Assembly (NCBI RefSeq): GCF_963921235.1
Contig: NC_086097.1
Span: 34,846,001 to 34,910,000 of the forward strand
Direction of reading: 5' to 3'
From: Mobula hypostoma
Taxonomy: Eukaryota
DNA: 64,000 nucleotides
The notes below the pieces were generated by a model, which had not been told where the DNA came from, did no database searches, and saw only the letters and a program-made list of their open reading frames with translations. Both the position numbers and the translations under genes were made by a program. Positions 50,761 through 63,280 of the stretch are shown here, piece by piece (position 1 is the first letter of the stretch; every line of letters begins with the position of its first letter).

Positions 50761-51961
50761 GTAATGATATGATTTCATTCTCTCCTGTTGGAATAAAAAA
50801 AATTGCTTATGCTGAAGTAATCATTATATTTAAATGAAATGCAATTTATATTTTTGAGATTTTGAAATGCAAAAAATAAGAAAATTTAGTGCTAAATTAC
50901 TCCATGATGTTCTTAAGCATTTTGTTGTACTGATTCAGAATGTGAATTTGAGACTTTTTGGACTTACAATATATTCACCCTCTGGGAACTATTCTCAGAA
51001 AGTTGTAACAGATTATAGTCACCAATAATTTGGGTACACCGTACATTATGTAGAAATGTATTCTGATCACTGCTTTGGAAAAAATAATTGCAATAGGGAC
51101 TGACTGCGCCATAGTGTTCATATGGATGTATTAGTGTTGACTGCTGCTATTGTAGTTTTCTGTGAAATCAGTAAATGAGTAATAACTGAAAGGAAGGTAC
51201 AAGTTTAAGTTGAGTAAATCAATGTGCAGACTATTTAATTTCCAATTAAAACGTAAGAACTTGTTAATGACAGATTTTTGGAATGCTGTGACCAAATTTC
51301 ATTTTCTGATGCATTGTTCATTTTACTTACAATTTTTTCAAGTTTTGAAGCCTTTACTTTTTTCATAAACAAAAGCTTTTCTTCATAGAATCTTCATCGT
51401 AATTAAAAGATATCCTCATACCATTTCATAGGTGTGTGCCTCCAAATTTATTTTTCTGAAGTATGCAGATGTCCTGATGTCACAATTTCCATCTTCTCCC
51501 ACTTCCCCATTGCTTGGTGAGATCTATGTTCTGTGTGTCAGCTATGATTGCCTGTCAGTCATCTCTGACACTGAACCAATCATATTCCAGGTTTCCAAGT
51601 CAGACAATGGGGACAGGCATTCCAGCATATTCGGGTCAGAGCAGCACCCCAAGACTTTGACAAAATAGTGATCGTGGTGAAGTAGTAAGACTCCTTATTA
51701 CTTTTTTTTTGCATCCCAAGCAGCGGAATTTTCTAAATTAGCCATATCTTCTACTATTGAGTGAATCTTCTGTAAACAAAGCAAATCCTTAAGGCTCTTG
51801 ACCAGGTTTGTTCCAGAATATAGACATTTGCAGGATGTACTTAAATCCTACAAGTCAGCTATTTATGTTGATTTTAGAAGAAGTGATGGGCATGGAAAAT
51901 ATATATAATATTGGTTGAAATTGAGGAAATCCATTACAAGTGCAATTCATAATTGACAATG

Positions 51962-54900
51962 ACAAGTACCAATGACATAGCAAGGAAGAGTGAGGAGGTC
52001 CTGGAGAGTGAGTATAGGGAGCTTGGTAGGAAGTTGAAAAGCAGGACCTCGAGGGTGGTAATCTCAGGATTGCTACCTGTGCTATATGCCAGTGAGGGTA
52101 GGAATAGGATGCTCTGGAGGATGAACAAGTGGCTGAGGAACTGGTGCAGGGGACAGGGTTTCAGATTTCAGGATAATTGGGACCTCTTCTGGGGCAGGTG
52201 GGACCTGTACAAGAGAGACGGGTTACACTTGAACTACAGGGGGACCAATATCCTTTCAGGGAGGTTTGTTAGTGCTATTGGGGAGGCTTTAAACTAGATT
52301 TGCAGGGGGATGGGAACCAGAGTGCCAGAGCTGACAGTGTGGCTGGGGTGAAAATAAGTGATATTAAAAGTTCAAGCAAATCCGCTAATAGAAAGGTTGT
52401 GAGTGGTGGTAAAAATCTTCTGAGGTGTATATATCTCAATGCTAGGAGTATTGTGGGGAAGGCGGATGAATAGAGGGCGTGGATTGATACATGGAATTAT
52501 GACGTTATAGCAATTAGTGAAACTTGGCTACAGGAAGGGCAGGACTGGCAGCTTAATATTCCAGGGTTCCGATGTTTCAGATGTGATCGAGGCAGAGGAA
52601 TGAAAGGTGGGGGAGTAGCATTGCTTGTTAGGGAAAATATTACAGCAGTGCTCAGGCAGGACAGATTAGAGGGCTTGTCTATTGAGTCCTTATGGGTGGA
52701 GCTGAGAAACAGGAAAGGTATGGCCACATTAGTGGGATTGTACTACAGACCAGCCAATAGTCAACGAAAATTGGAAGAGCAAATCTGCGAGAGATAGCAG
52801 GCAACTGCAGGAAACATAAAGTTGTGGTGGTAGGGGATTTTAATTTTCCATATATTGATTGGGACTCCCATACTGTTAGGGGTCTAGATGGTTTAGAGTT
52901 TGTAAAATCTGTTCAGGAAAGTTTTCCAAATCAATATATAGAGGGACCAACTAGAGGGGATGCAATATTGGATCTCCCGTTAGGAAACGAGTTAGGACAA
53001 GTGACGGAAGTCTGTGTAGGGGAGCACTTTGGTTCCAGTGATCATAACACCATTAGTTTCAACTTGATCATGGACAAGGATAGATCTGGTCCTAGGGTTG
53101 AGATTCTTAACTGGAAGAAGGCCAAATTTGAAGAAATGAGAAAGGATCTAAAAAGCGTGGATTGGGACAGGTTGTTCTCTGGCAAGGATGTGATCGGTAG
53201 GTGGGAAGCCTTCAAAGGAGAAATTTTGAGAGTGCAGAATTTGTACGTTCCTGTCAGGATTAAAGGCAAATTGAATAGGAATAAGGAACCTTGGTTCTCA
53301 AGGGATATTGCAACTCTGATAAAGAAGAGGGAGTTGTATGACATATATAGGAAGCAGGGAGTAAATAAGGTGCTTGAGGAGTATAAGAAGTGCAAGAAAA
53401 TACTTAAGAAAGAAATCAGAAGGGCTAAAAGAGGACATGAGGTTGCCTTGGCAGTCAAAGTGAAGGATAATCCAAAGAGCTTTTAGAGGTATATTAAGAG
53501 CAAAAGGATTGTAAGGGATAAAATTGGTCCTCTTGAAGATCAGAGTGGTCGGCTATGTGCGGAACCAAAAGAAATGGGGGAGATCTTAAATAGGTTTTTT
53601 GCGTCTGTATTTACTAAGGAAACTGGCATGAAGTCTATGGAATTAAGGGAAACAAGTAGTGAGATCATGGAAACTGTACAGATCGAAAAGGAGGAGGTCC
53701 TTGCTGTCTTGAGGAAAATTAAAGTGGATAAATCCCCGGGACCTGACAGGGTGTTCCCTCGGGCCTTGAAGGAGACTAGTGTTGAAATTGCAGGGGCCCC
53801 GGCAGAAATATTTAAAATGTCGCTGTCTTCAGGTGAGGTGCCGGAGGATTGGAGAGTGGCTCATGTTGTTCCGTTGTTTAAAAAAGGATTGAAAAGTAAT
53901 CCGGGAAATTATAGGCCAGTAAGTTTAACGTCGGTAGTAGGTAAGTTATTGGAGGGAGTACTAAGAGACAGAATCTACAAGCATTTGGATAGACAGGGAC
54001 TTATTAGGGAGAGTCAACATGGCTTTGTGCGTGGTAGGTCATGTTTGACCAATCTATTCGAGTTTTTTGAGGAGGTTACCAGGAAAGTCGATGAAGGGAA
54101 GGCAGTGGATATTGTCTACATGGACTTCAGCAAGGCCTTTGACAAGGTCCCGCATGGGAGGTTAGTTAGGAAAATTCAGTCGCTAGGTATACATGGAGAG
54201 GTGGTAAATTGGATTAGACATTGGCTCAATGGAAGAAGCCAAAGAGTGGTAGCAGAGAATTGCTTCTCGGAGTGGAGGCCTGTGACTAGTGGTGTGCCAC
54301 AGGGATCAGTGCTGGGTCCATTGTTATTTGTCATCTATATCAGTGATCTGGATGATAATGTGGTAAATTGGATCAGCAAATTTGCTGATGATACAAAGAT
54401 TGGAGGTGTAGTAGACAGCGAGGAAGGTTTTCAGAGCCTGCAGAGGGACTTGGACCAGCTGGAAAAATGGGCTGAAAAATGGCAGATGGAGTTTAATACA
54501 GACAAGTGTGAGGTATTGCACGTTGGAAGGACAAACCAAGGTAGAACATACAGGGTTAATGGTAAGGCACTGAGGAGTGCAGTAGAACAGAGGGATCTGG
54601 GAATAGATACAAAATTCCCTAAAAGTGGCGTCACAGGTAGATAGAGTCGTAAAGAGAGCTTTTGGTACATTGGCCTTTATTAATCAAAGTATTGAGTATA
54701 AGAGCTGGAATGTTATGATGAGGTTGTATAAGGCATTGGTGAGGCTGAATCTGGAGTATTGTGTTCAGTTTTGGTCACCAAATTACAGGAAGGATACAAA
54801 TAAGGTTGAAAGAGTGCAGAGAAGGTTCACAAGGATGTTGCCGGGACTTGAGAAACTCAGTTACAGAGAAAGGGTGAATAGATTAGGACTTTATTCCCTG

Positions 54901-55300
54901 GAGCGTAGAAGAATGAGGAGAGATTTGATAGAGGTATATAAAATTATGATGGGTATAGATAGAGTGAATGCAAGCAGGCTTTTTCCACTGAGGCAAGGGG
55001 AGAAAAAACCAGAGGACATGGGTTAAGGGTGAGGGGGGAAAGTTTAAAGGGAACATTAGGGGGGGCTTCTTCACACAGAGAGTGGTGGGAGTATGGAATG
55101 AGCTGCCAGACGAGGTGGTAAATGCGGGTTCTTTTTTAACATTTAAGAATAAATGGGACAGACACATGGATGGGAGGTGTATGGAGGGATATGGTCCGTG
55201 TGCAGGTCAGTGGGACTAGGCAGAAAATGGTTCGGCACAGCCAAGAAGGGCCAAAAGGCCTGTTTCTGTGCTGTAGTTTCTATGGTGTCTGTGGTTTCTA
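51962..55300 (+). mobile_element. Young near-complete CR1 LINE (ORF1 esterase C-terminus plus full-span ORF2)
   Basis: TNDI..VISGLLPV..DGLHLN SGNH-type ORF1 (to 52297); APE (VGDFN, SDH) and RT (FADD) ORF2 with a few stops and frameshifts; (GTTTCTATG)-like tail. Confidence 0.95.
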
Positions 55301-55977
55301 TAATTGGCAATAAAAAGTAATTGGTGCTTTGAACTGTAGGGGACAAAGAAATGAAAACAAACTATATAGAATGGATAACCTGTTGTACAATCCGAGAGGA
55401 AGATTTCCTTTACATTATCTTCAATTGGGTTGGGTATATAACAAATAGATGACCCACTGCCACGTAGAGTATTTCATAGTTTTACCAAAGGTAAAAGGCC
55501 TGCCCATGATTTCAAAGAACAAAATTAATTTTAAGATTGCCGGAAGAGACTATAACAAAATGTATTGACACAGCGGGGTGCCAAGGCTTTATTTAATGTT
55601 TTCTAATGAGCTCTTTTGTCACAGGTTTTCAAATAAAACAGTTGTCATATTGAAAATAAATGTTTTGTAATCCTCACCGAATTACTGAATTTATCTTTGC
55701 AGATGAGCATTGTTTTGAAATGCTCTTATGTATTCCATCTTATGAGATAAAAATTGTTATATTGATTTCTCATTAAATATGGAAATACTTTAGTAATTGG
55801 GCAACAATTATGCCTGAGTTTAATGCTGACTTTTGTGGTGCATTTTCATTGCTCTTTCAGTGATGAAATATAGTTCTGATTAGTTAAGCTTTGCCAACAT
55901 AGTAAAGACTGAAGATAAACTGGTATAAGCAGTTTTGTTCTGATTTGTGTGATGGCTAACAAAGTGAACAAGCACAA

Positions 55978-56732
55978 CAGTGGATTCTGGTTTATTGGGC
56001 CATCGTTTAGTCAGTGCAGCTGCTTATTTGGGACAACTCTTATAGAACAGAAACTGAAAAATAGCCGGGATTCCCTTTGTTTATTTGGGATACTATTGTG
56101 ACGGAGCCTGTTGCTGAACAGTTTCCAACTAGCATCAGATATGTGCTCTTGTGTGGCTGCTGGACACGACACTGTGCTTAGAGTAAACAGTTTCCAAATA
56201 GTGTCAATTGTGTGTGTCTGTGTTCAAAAAAGCAATGATTTTTGCCATTGATAGAAATAAGCAGTGTTAATTGGGAACTGTTTTGCTCACTGCGGTTTCA
56301 AGGATTCGGGTTTGGAGATGCCAGAAACGGCTGGGGATGAAATTGAAATGATTTCATTACTTCAGGTTAGGAACTACAAAGAATTTGAAGGTATCAACAA
56401 CCATCTTGAATGTTACGATGAAAATGAAGATTTGGAGGATGCCTTTTTTTGAAAGCATTGCATGAAGACTGTCCATTATCTGCACTAGGTGTCTGCACTG
56501 ATTTTATTCATTATGCACGCTGGATGAATTCCTCTGTCTATACTACTGTAGTAGTATTGGTAGTGTTCTAATTTGTTCTGTATTTCAGTTAAATACATAA
56601 TTTGTAACTCAAACAGTGGTCTGTCTTGTTTATATCTTTTAACTATTTCCATAAAACTGGCTAATTGGGACACCGCTTAATTGGGCCAAAATGTACTGGT
56701 CCCGATGTGTTCCCATTAACTGGAATCCACTG
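55978..56732 (+). mobile_element. Tigger/pogo-derived non-autonomous element
   Basis: TIRs CAGTGGATTCTGGTT / AACTGGAATCCACTG|TA; IGNCFAHCGF transposase C-terminal remnant. Confidence 0.8.
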
Positions 56733-57418
56733 TATTTGTTTCTGTTGTGTGAGAATGTATTCTTGAAACGTTAATGTTGCTCTAGAACATCTGCACACAA
56801 ATATACAGTTACTAATGTTTTAGCAGGTATAAAATAAAATAACTGGAATAATTCAAAGTCATATGTAAAGTTTGATGCACTGGTGTCCCTAATATCTTGT
56901 CCATGAAGAATATATAACTGAACTCTGCAGCTCGAAAGGTTACGGATTTGATTCCTGGACTGTGGTTGTGTTATGTAGTCCAATGTCATTTTCCAGAAAG
57001 TATGCTTGTAAGAATAGTACTTTAATAAGCATGGTGTTTCAGGATACCCATGGAAAATGCCAATATTACTGACTAGTAATTCCGAATAGAAAGTGGGTGT
57101 TGTGTGAAGATTCGATGATGCCGATTATTGATAAGTCGGCCAACAGCAAACCCATAAAGACCGAGTATCTGGTTGAACTGCAGCAGCATCATTTCACTTG
57201 CAGACTGGTAGCTTCATAAAATGACCCTCTGAAGGGTGGGATTTAGGGGAAACCATTTTCAAAGAAAGATCCTGAGTTACTGAAAATTAGCATATTGGGG
57301 TTAGAGATATGCAATGTTAGATAATTAGTATCCAAAAGATTACGGCAATAATATATATTGTGTTACTGAAAGCGCTGGAAATTTGTGAATTATTTTGTGT
57401 TACTGTTTTCTAAACCAG

Positions 57419-57538
57419 GTCATGTTTCTTGGGGAAATGGAAGAAATCCTGGATGTTATTGAGCCTACACAGTTTGTAAAAATTCAGGACCCACTCTTCA
57501 AGCAAATTTCCAGATGTGTTTCCAGTCCTCATTTCCAG
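57419..57538 (+). CDS. PPP2R5E: B56-epsilon-like coding exon I
   Basis: AACCAG| ... |[46 protein letters not shown]. Confidence 0.95.
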
Positions 57539-59406
57539 GTTCGTTGGCTGAAGTGCCTTAAATTTGAAACATTTTGATGGTAGCGCGGCCATTCTGATGG
57601 TTTTAAAGTGTATTGTTTTCTGTAAACACCACAAAGAGCATCAGAGGCCTGATATACGGTAAGGTATGGAAACTTTAGGTATGGATAGAAGCAATACTCA
57701 TTACTCAGGGTTTAAGGATTAGATGGGAGAGGTTTTAAGTAATTAGTAAAAGATTTGGGTTTTGATATGAAGAAATAAATGTGCAGTATGTATCTATGAA
57801 TTAAAATATATTGCCTAAGAGTGTAACAGATGCAAATTTAATTAAGAATTTCATAATTGAATCAAATAAATACTTAAGTTTTTAAAAAATCTGTAGGGAA
57901 ATTGAGTTGACTGAATTGCATTATAATGAATCTGCAGACTTAACCACATGGAAGATTCCTGTGCTGTTTTGATTCTGTGAACCTTGATTAGTTACAAGAA
58001 TTTTCATCATCCCTCACTGTGTAATGTTGTTAGGCTCCTGATGTAACAATGCATTTCATTTTAGAAAAGCTCTCATCATTATTTTCAAATCACTTCATGG
58101 TTTTACCCCTTCCTGGCTTTGTAGAAACATAGAAAACCTACAGCACAATACAGGCCCTTTGGCCCACAATGCTGTGCCGAACATGTACTTACTTTAGAAA
58201 TTGCCTAGGGTTACCCATAGCCCTCTATTTTTCTAAGCTCCATGTACCTATCCAGAAGCCTCTTAAAAGACCCTATCGTATCCGCCTCCACCACTGTCGC
58301 CGGCAGCCCATTCCATGCACTCACCACTCTCTGCGTAAAAAAACTTACCCCTGACATCTCCTCTGTACCTACTTCCAAGCTCTGTAAAACTGTGTCCTCT
58401 CGTGTTAGCTATTTCAGCCCTGGGATAAAGCCTCTGACTATCCATACGATCAACGCCTCTTATCACCTTATACACCCCTATCGGATCACCTCTCATCCTC
58501 AGTCACTTCAGGGAGAAAAGGCCGAGTTCACTCAACCTATTCTCATAAGGCATGTTCCCCAGTCCAGGCGACATCCTTGTAAATATCCTCTTCACCCTTT
58601 CTATAGTTTCCACATCCTTCCTGTAGTAAGGTAACCAGAACTGAGCACGGTACTCCAAGTGGGGTCTGACCAGAGTCCCATATAGCTGTAACATTACCTC
58701 TCGGCTCTTGAATTCAATCCCATGGTTGATGAAGGCCAATACACCGTATGCCTTCTTAACCACACAGTCAACCTGTGCAGCAGCTTTGAGTGTCCTGTGA
58801 ACTCAGGTCTCAAAATCCCTCTAAGACTCCACACTACCAAGAGTCTACCATTAGTACTATATTCTGCCATCATATTTGACCTACCAAAATGAACAACCTC
58901 ACAATTATATGGGTTGAATTCCATCTACCACTTCTCAGCCCAGTTTTGCATCCTATCGATGTCCCGCTGTAACCTCTGACAGCCCTCCACACTATCCACA
59001 ACACCCCCAACCTTTGTGCCATCAGCAAATTTACTAACCCATCCCTCCGCTTCCTCATCCAGGTCATTTATAAAAATCATGAAGAGAATGGGTCCCAGAA
59101 CAGATCCCTGAATCACACCACTGGTCACCAACCTCCATGCAGAATATGACCCGTCTGCAACCACTCTTTGCCTTCTGTGGGCATGCCAATTCTGGATTCA
59201 CAAAGCAAGGTCTCCTTGGATCCCATGCCTCCTTACTTTCTCAATAAGCCTTTCATGGGGTGCCTTATCAAATGCCTTCTGAAATCCATATACACTACAT
59301 CTACTGCTCTACCTTCATCAATGTGTTTAATCACATTCTCAAAAAAATTCAATCAGGCTCATAATGCACGACCTGGCTTTGACAAAGCCATGCTGACTAT
59401 TCCTAA

Positions 59407-59540
59407 AACAACAGGAATTCTGCAGATGCTGGAAGTTCAAGCAACACACATCAAAGTTGCTGGTGAACGCAGCAGGCCAGGCAGCATCTGTAGGAAGAGG
59501 TGCAGTCGACGTTTCAGGACGAGACCCTTCGTCAGGACTA
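59407..59540 (-). mobile_element. 134-bp Penelope-like insertion (hammerhead plus tail) inside CR1
   Basis: Exact 11-bp TSD ACTATTCCTAA at 59396-59406 and 59541-59551. Confidence 0.92.
59504..59539 (-). ncRNA. Minimal type I hammerhead ribozyme motif, intact core
   Basis: Minus strand AGTC-CTGACGA-AGG-GTCTCGT-CCT-GAAA-CG-TC-GACT; differs from the 32549 copy only in loop II. Confidence 0.85.
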
Positions 59541-60106
59541 ACTATTCCTAATCATATTATGCCTCTCCAAATGTTCATAAATCCTGCCTCTCAGAATTTT
59601 CTCCATCAACTTACCAACCATGGAAGTAAGACTCACTGGTCTATAATTTCCTGGGCTGTCTCTACTTCCTTTATTGAACAAGGGAACAACATCTGCAGCC
59701 CTCCAGTCCTCTGGAACCTCTCCCGTCCGCATTGATGATGCAAAGATCATTGCCCAGAGGCTCAGCAATCTCCTCCCTTGCCTCCCACAGTAGCCTGGGG
59801 TATATCTTGTCCGGTCCCAGTGACTTATCCAACTTGATGCTTTCCAAAAGCTCCAGCACACCCTCTTTCTTAATGTCTATATGCTCAAGCTTTTCAGTCT
59901 GCTGTAACTCATCCCTACAATTGTCAAGGTCCTTTTTCGTAGTGAATACTGAAGCAAAGTATTCATTAAGTACCTCTGCTACCTCCTCTGGTTCCATACA
60001 CACTTTTCCACTGTCACACTTGATTGGTCCTATTCTCTCATGTCTTATCCTCTTGCTCTTCACATACTTGTAGTTTAAGTCTACAATCCTTTACTTTTCT
60101 ATCTAT

Positions 60107-60208
60107 GCAAACACGAGGAAATCTGCAGATGCTGGAAATTCAAGCAACACACACAAAATGCTGGTGGAATGCAGCGTGCTGCGTTTCACTAGCATTTCGT
60201 GTGTGTTG
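60107..60208. mobile_element. Mini fold-back insertion of the Penelope-like tail
   Basis: ~33-bp inverted arms around a 2-nt spacer; 13-bp TSD CTTTTCTATCTAT / CTTTTCCATCTAT (60094-60106, 60209-60221). Confidence 0.8.
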
Positions 60209-60859
60209 CTTTTCCATCTATACCTTAGATTATCCCTGATTTTAATTCCTTCATAGTTGACAGTCACATATTCAACTGTTAGGGCCCAAATCCTAGCAAT
60301 TCCACCCCCCCCGAAACTTGTCTAAATCTAGGTATATGGGACTAATGCAAGAAAGTGGCACTGAGGCAGAGATCACCTGTGTTCTTATTGCATGATGCAA
60401 CAGGCTCAAGGAGCCAAATGGCTTACTCTTGCTTCTGTTTATGTTCTTGCATAAACCAGACCTTTTGGCCTCATTCCTCCTCTGAAGTTTTGCTCTTCCA
60501 GCATATTTTAGGCCATTTGCACCAGAATGATCTTGTCTACCTGGTGCCATAACGTGACAAAGCTGTGGATCACCAAAGGCTGTTTTATGCCATTGAGTAG
60601 CCTGCATAAATAAAAGTTACTGTTTGCTGGATGACAGGAGAGCAGGAGTTTGATGCTGAGCATATTTCTCTTAACTTGGTAACCTGACAGGTAAGTCATC
60701 GAACCAGGCAGTTTATGAAACCTGTCAGGGCCCGGTATAATGACTGATGCCCCAGTTCACTTGTTGGGATCCTGGTTGAATATGCCCTCATGCTAATTCT
60801 CAGTTATAGAGTGGGTGAAACACCCACTTTGCCATTTCTTCAACTTCTCAAGTTCTGCA

Positions 60860-62865
60860 TAGGTGTGTTCCATTGAGGCAGGGAAAGGATGGTAGATTTA
60901 AAGAACCATGGTGTACAAAGAATGTAGAAAATCTGGTTAAGAAGAAAAGAAAAGCTTACAAAAGGTTCAAGAAACTGGGTACTGTTAAAGCTGTAGTAAA
61001 TTACAAGGTTGCTAGGAAGGAGCTTAAGAATGGAATTAGGAGAGCCAGAAAGAGCATGAGAAGGCCTTGGTGAGCAAGATTAAGGAAAACCCCAAGGCAT
61101 TCTACAAGTATGTGAAGTGCAAGAGGATGAGCTGTGTGAGATAGTGGAAACGTGTGCTTGGAGACGGAGGAGGTAGCGGAGGTACTTAATGAATACTTTG
61201 CTTCAGTACCAGGGAAAAAGACCTTGGCAATTGTGGGGATGACTTGCAGTGGACTGAAACGCTTGAGCATATAGACGTTAAGCAAGAGGATGTGCTGGAG
61301 CTTCAGAAAAGCATTAAGTTAGATAAGTCACCGGGACTGGATGAGATATACCCCAGGCTACTGTGGGAAGTGAGGGAGGAGATTGCTGAGCCTCTTGCGA
61401 TGATCTTTGCATCATCAATAGGGACAGGAGAAGTACCGGAGGATTGGAGGGTTGCAAATGTAGTTCCCTTGTTCAAGAAAGGGAGCAGAGATAACCCAGG
61501 AAGTGAGTCTGACTTCAGTGGTTGGCAAGTTGTTGGAGAAGATCCTGAGAGGCAGGATTTATGAGCGTAAGGAGAGATGTAATCTGATTAAGGATAGTCA
61601 GCATGGCGTTGTTAAGGGTAGTTCGTGCCTTATGAGCCTGATTGAATTCTTTGAGGATGTAAAAAAAAACATTGATGAAGGTAGAGCAGTGGATGTAGTG
61701 TATATGGATTTCAGTAAGGCATTTGATAAGGTTCCCCATGCCAGGCTCTTTCTGAAAGTAAGGAGACCTTGCTTTGAGGATCCAGAATTGGCTTGCCCAC
61801 AGAAGGCAAAGGGTGGTTGTGGATGATTCATATTCTGCATGGAGGTCGATGACCAGTGGTGTTCTGCAGGAATCTGTTCTGGGACCCCTCCTCTTCGTGA
61901 TTTTTTTTTATAAATGACCTTGAAGAGGAAGTAGAAGGATGTGTTAGTAAGTTTGCTGATGACACAAAGGTTGGGGGTGTTGTGTATAGTCTGGAAGGTT
62001 GTCAGAGGTTACAGCGCGACATCAATAGGATGCAGAACTGCACTGAGAAGTGGTAGATGGACTTTAACCCAGATAAGTATGAAGTGGTTCATTTTGGTGG
62101 GTCCAGTTTAAAGACAGAATACAAGATAAATGGCAAGACTCTTGGCAGTGCAGAGGATCTGAGAGATCTTGGGGTCCATGTTCGTAGGACACTCAAAGCT
62201 GCTGCGTAGGTTGACAGTGTTGTTAAGAAGGCATATGGTGTGTTGGCATTCATCAAACATGGGATTGAGTTCAAGAGCTGTGAGGTAATGTTATGGCTAT
62301 ATAAGACCTTTGTCAGACCTCACTTGGAGTACTGTGTTCAGTTCTGGTCACCTCATTACAGGAAGGGTATGGATACTATAGAGAGAGTGCAGAGGAGATT
62401 TACAAGGATGTTGTCTAGATTGGAGGGTGTATCTTATGAGAATAGGTTGAGTATACTTGGCCTTTTCTCCTTGGAGTGACAGAGGATTTGAGGTGACCTG
62501 ATAGAGGTGTATAAGATGATGAGGGACATTGATCATGTGGATAGCCAGAGGCTTTTTCGCAGGGCTGAAATGGCTAACATGAGGGGGCATAGTTTTAAGG
62601 TGCTTGGAAATAGGTAACCGAGGTGATGTCAGGGGTAAGTTTTTCACACAGAGAGTGGTGGGTACGTGGAATGCACTTCTGGCGGTGGTGCTGGAAGCAG
62701 ATAAATAGGGTCTTCCAAGAGCTTCTTGGATAGGTAGATGGAGCTTAGAAAAAAGAGGGCTATGTGCTAGGGAAATTCTAGGCAGTCTCTAGAGTAGGTT
62801 ACATGGTCAGCACAACATTGTGGGCCAAAGTGCCTGTAATGTGCTGTAAATGTCTATGTTCTAGA
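60860..62865 (+). mobile_element. CR1 LINE, 5'-truncated
   Basis: DKSPGLDEIYPR, YMDFSKAFDKVPH and VRPHLEYCVQFWSP; same subfamily as 58123-60072, opposite orientation. Confidence 0.93.
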
Positions 62866-63280
62866 TTTACTTTCATTTATCTGTAAGCTAACAATTTAGA
62901 TAAATATTTGTAAAGTTCATTCACCGTAAAGAATCACTGATTTATTATCGATTTATCAAATTCTGGTTGAAATCCATAAATGAGACAGACCAGCAAAAAT
63001 TGGTGAAATTCAATTTGGGATATTTGATTGTATTATTATAGCTAGTGTATTCAATGGAGTTGAGTCTATGAAGACGTGGTAAACAACTTCCTCTGTTTAT
63101 ATTGCTTTCCACACAATAATTGACATAGCTAAGTTAGAATTGGACACTGATTTTAATCATAAGTTGATAAAACAGTGATTTACCAAGACCTGAAAAGATA
63201 CTGCCTGGAATTGGTATTGTTATCAATAATATTGCCTTTTTTAAAAATGCCGAATACTTATTTTCTTTCTTCCTCTCAAG

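Larger units (their letters stand above)
58123..60072 (-). mobile_element. CR1 LINE, 5'-truncated
   Basis: RT motifs in minus-strand ORFs (NYRPVSLTS, KFADG, LVRPHLEY); AGAAACATAGAAAAC tail; interrupted at 59407-59540. Confidence 0.93.

Noticed and set aside
11214..59539. Selective inactivation of sense-strand hammerheads
   Set aside because: One intact copy lies on each strand, and several lesions (e.g. CCCGAAA to CCCAAAA) fit CpG decay; too few copies to show bias.
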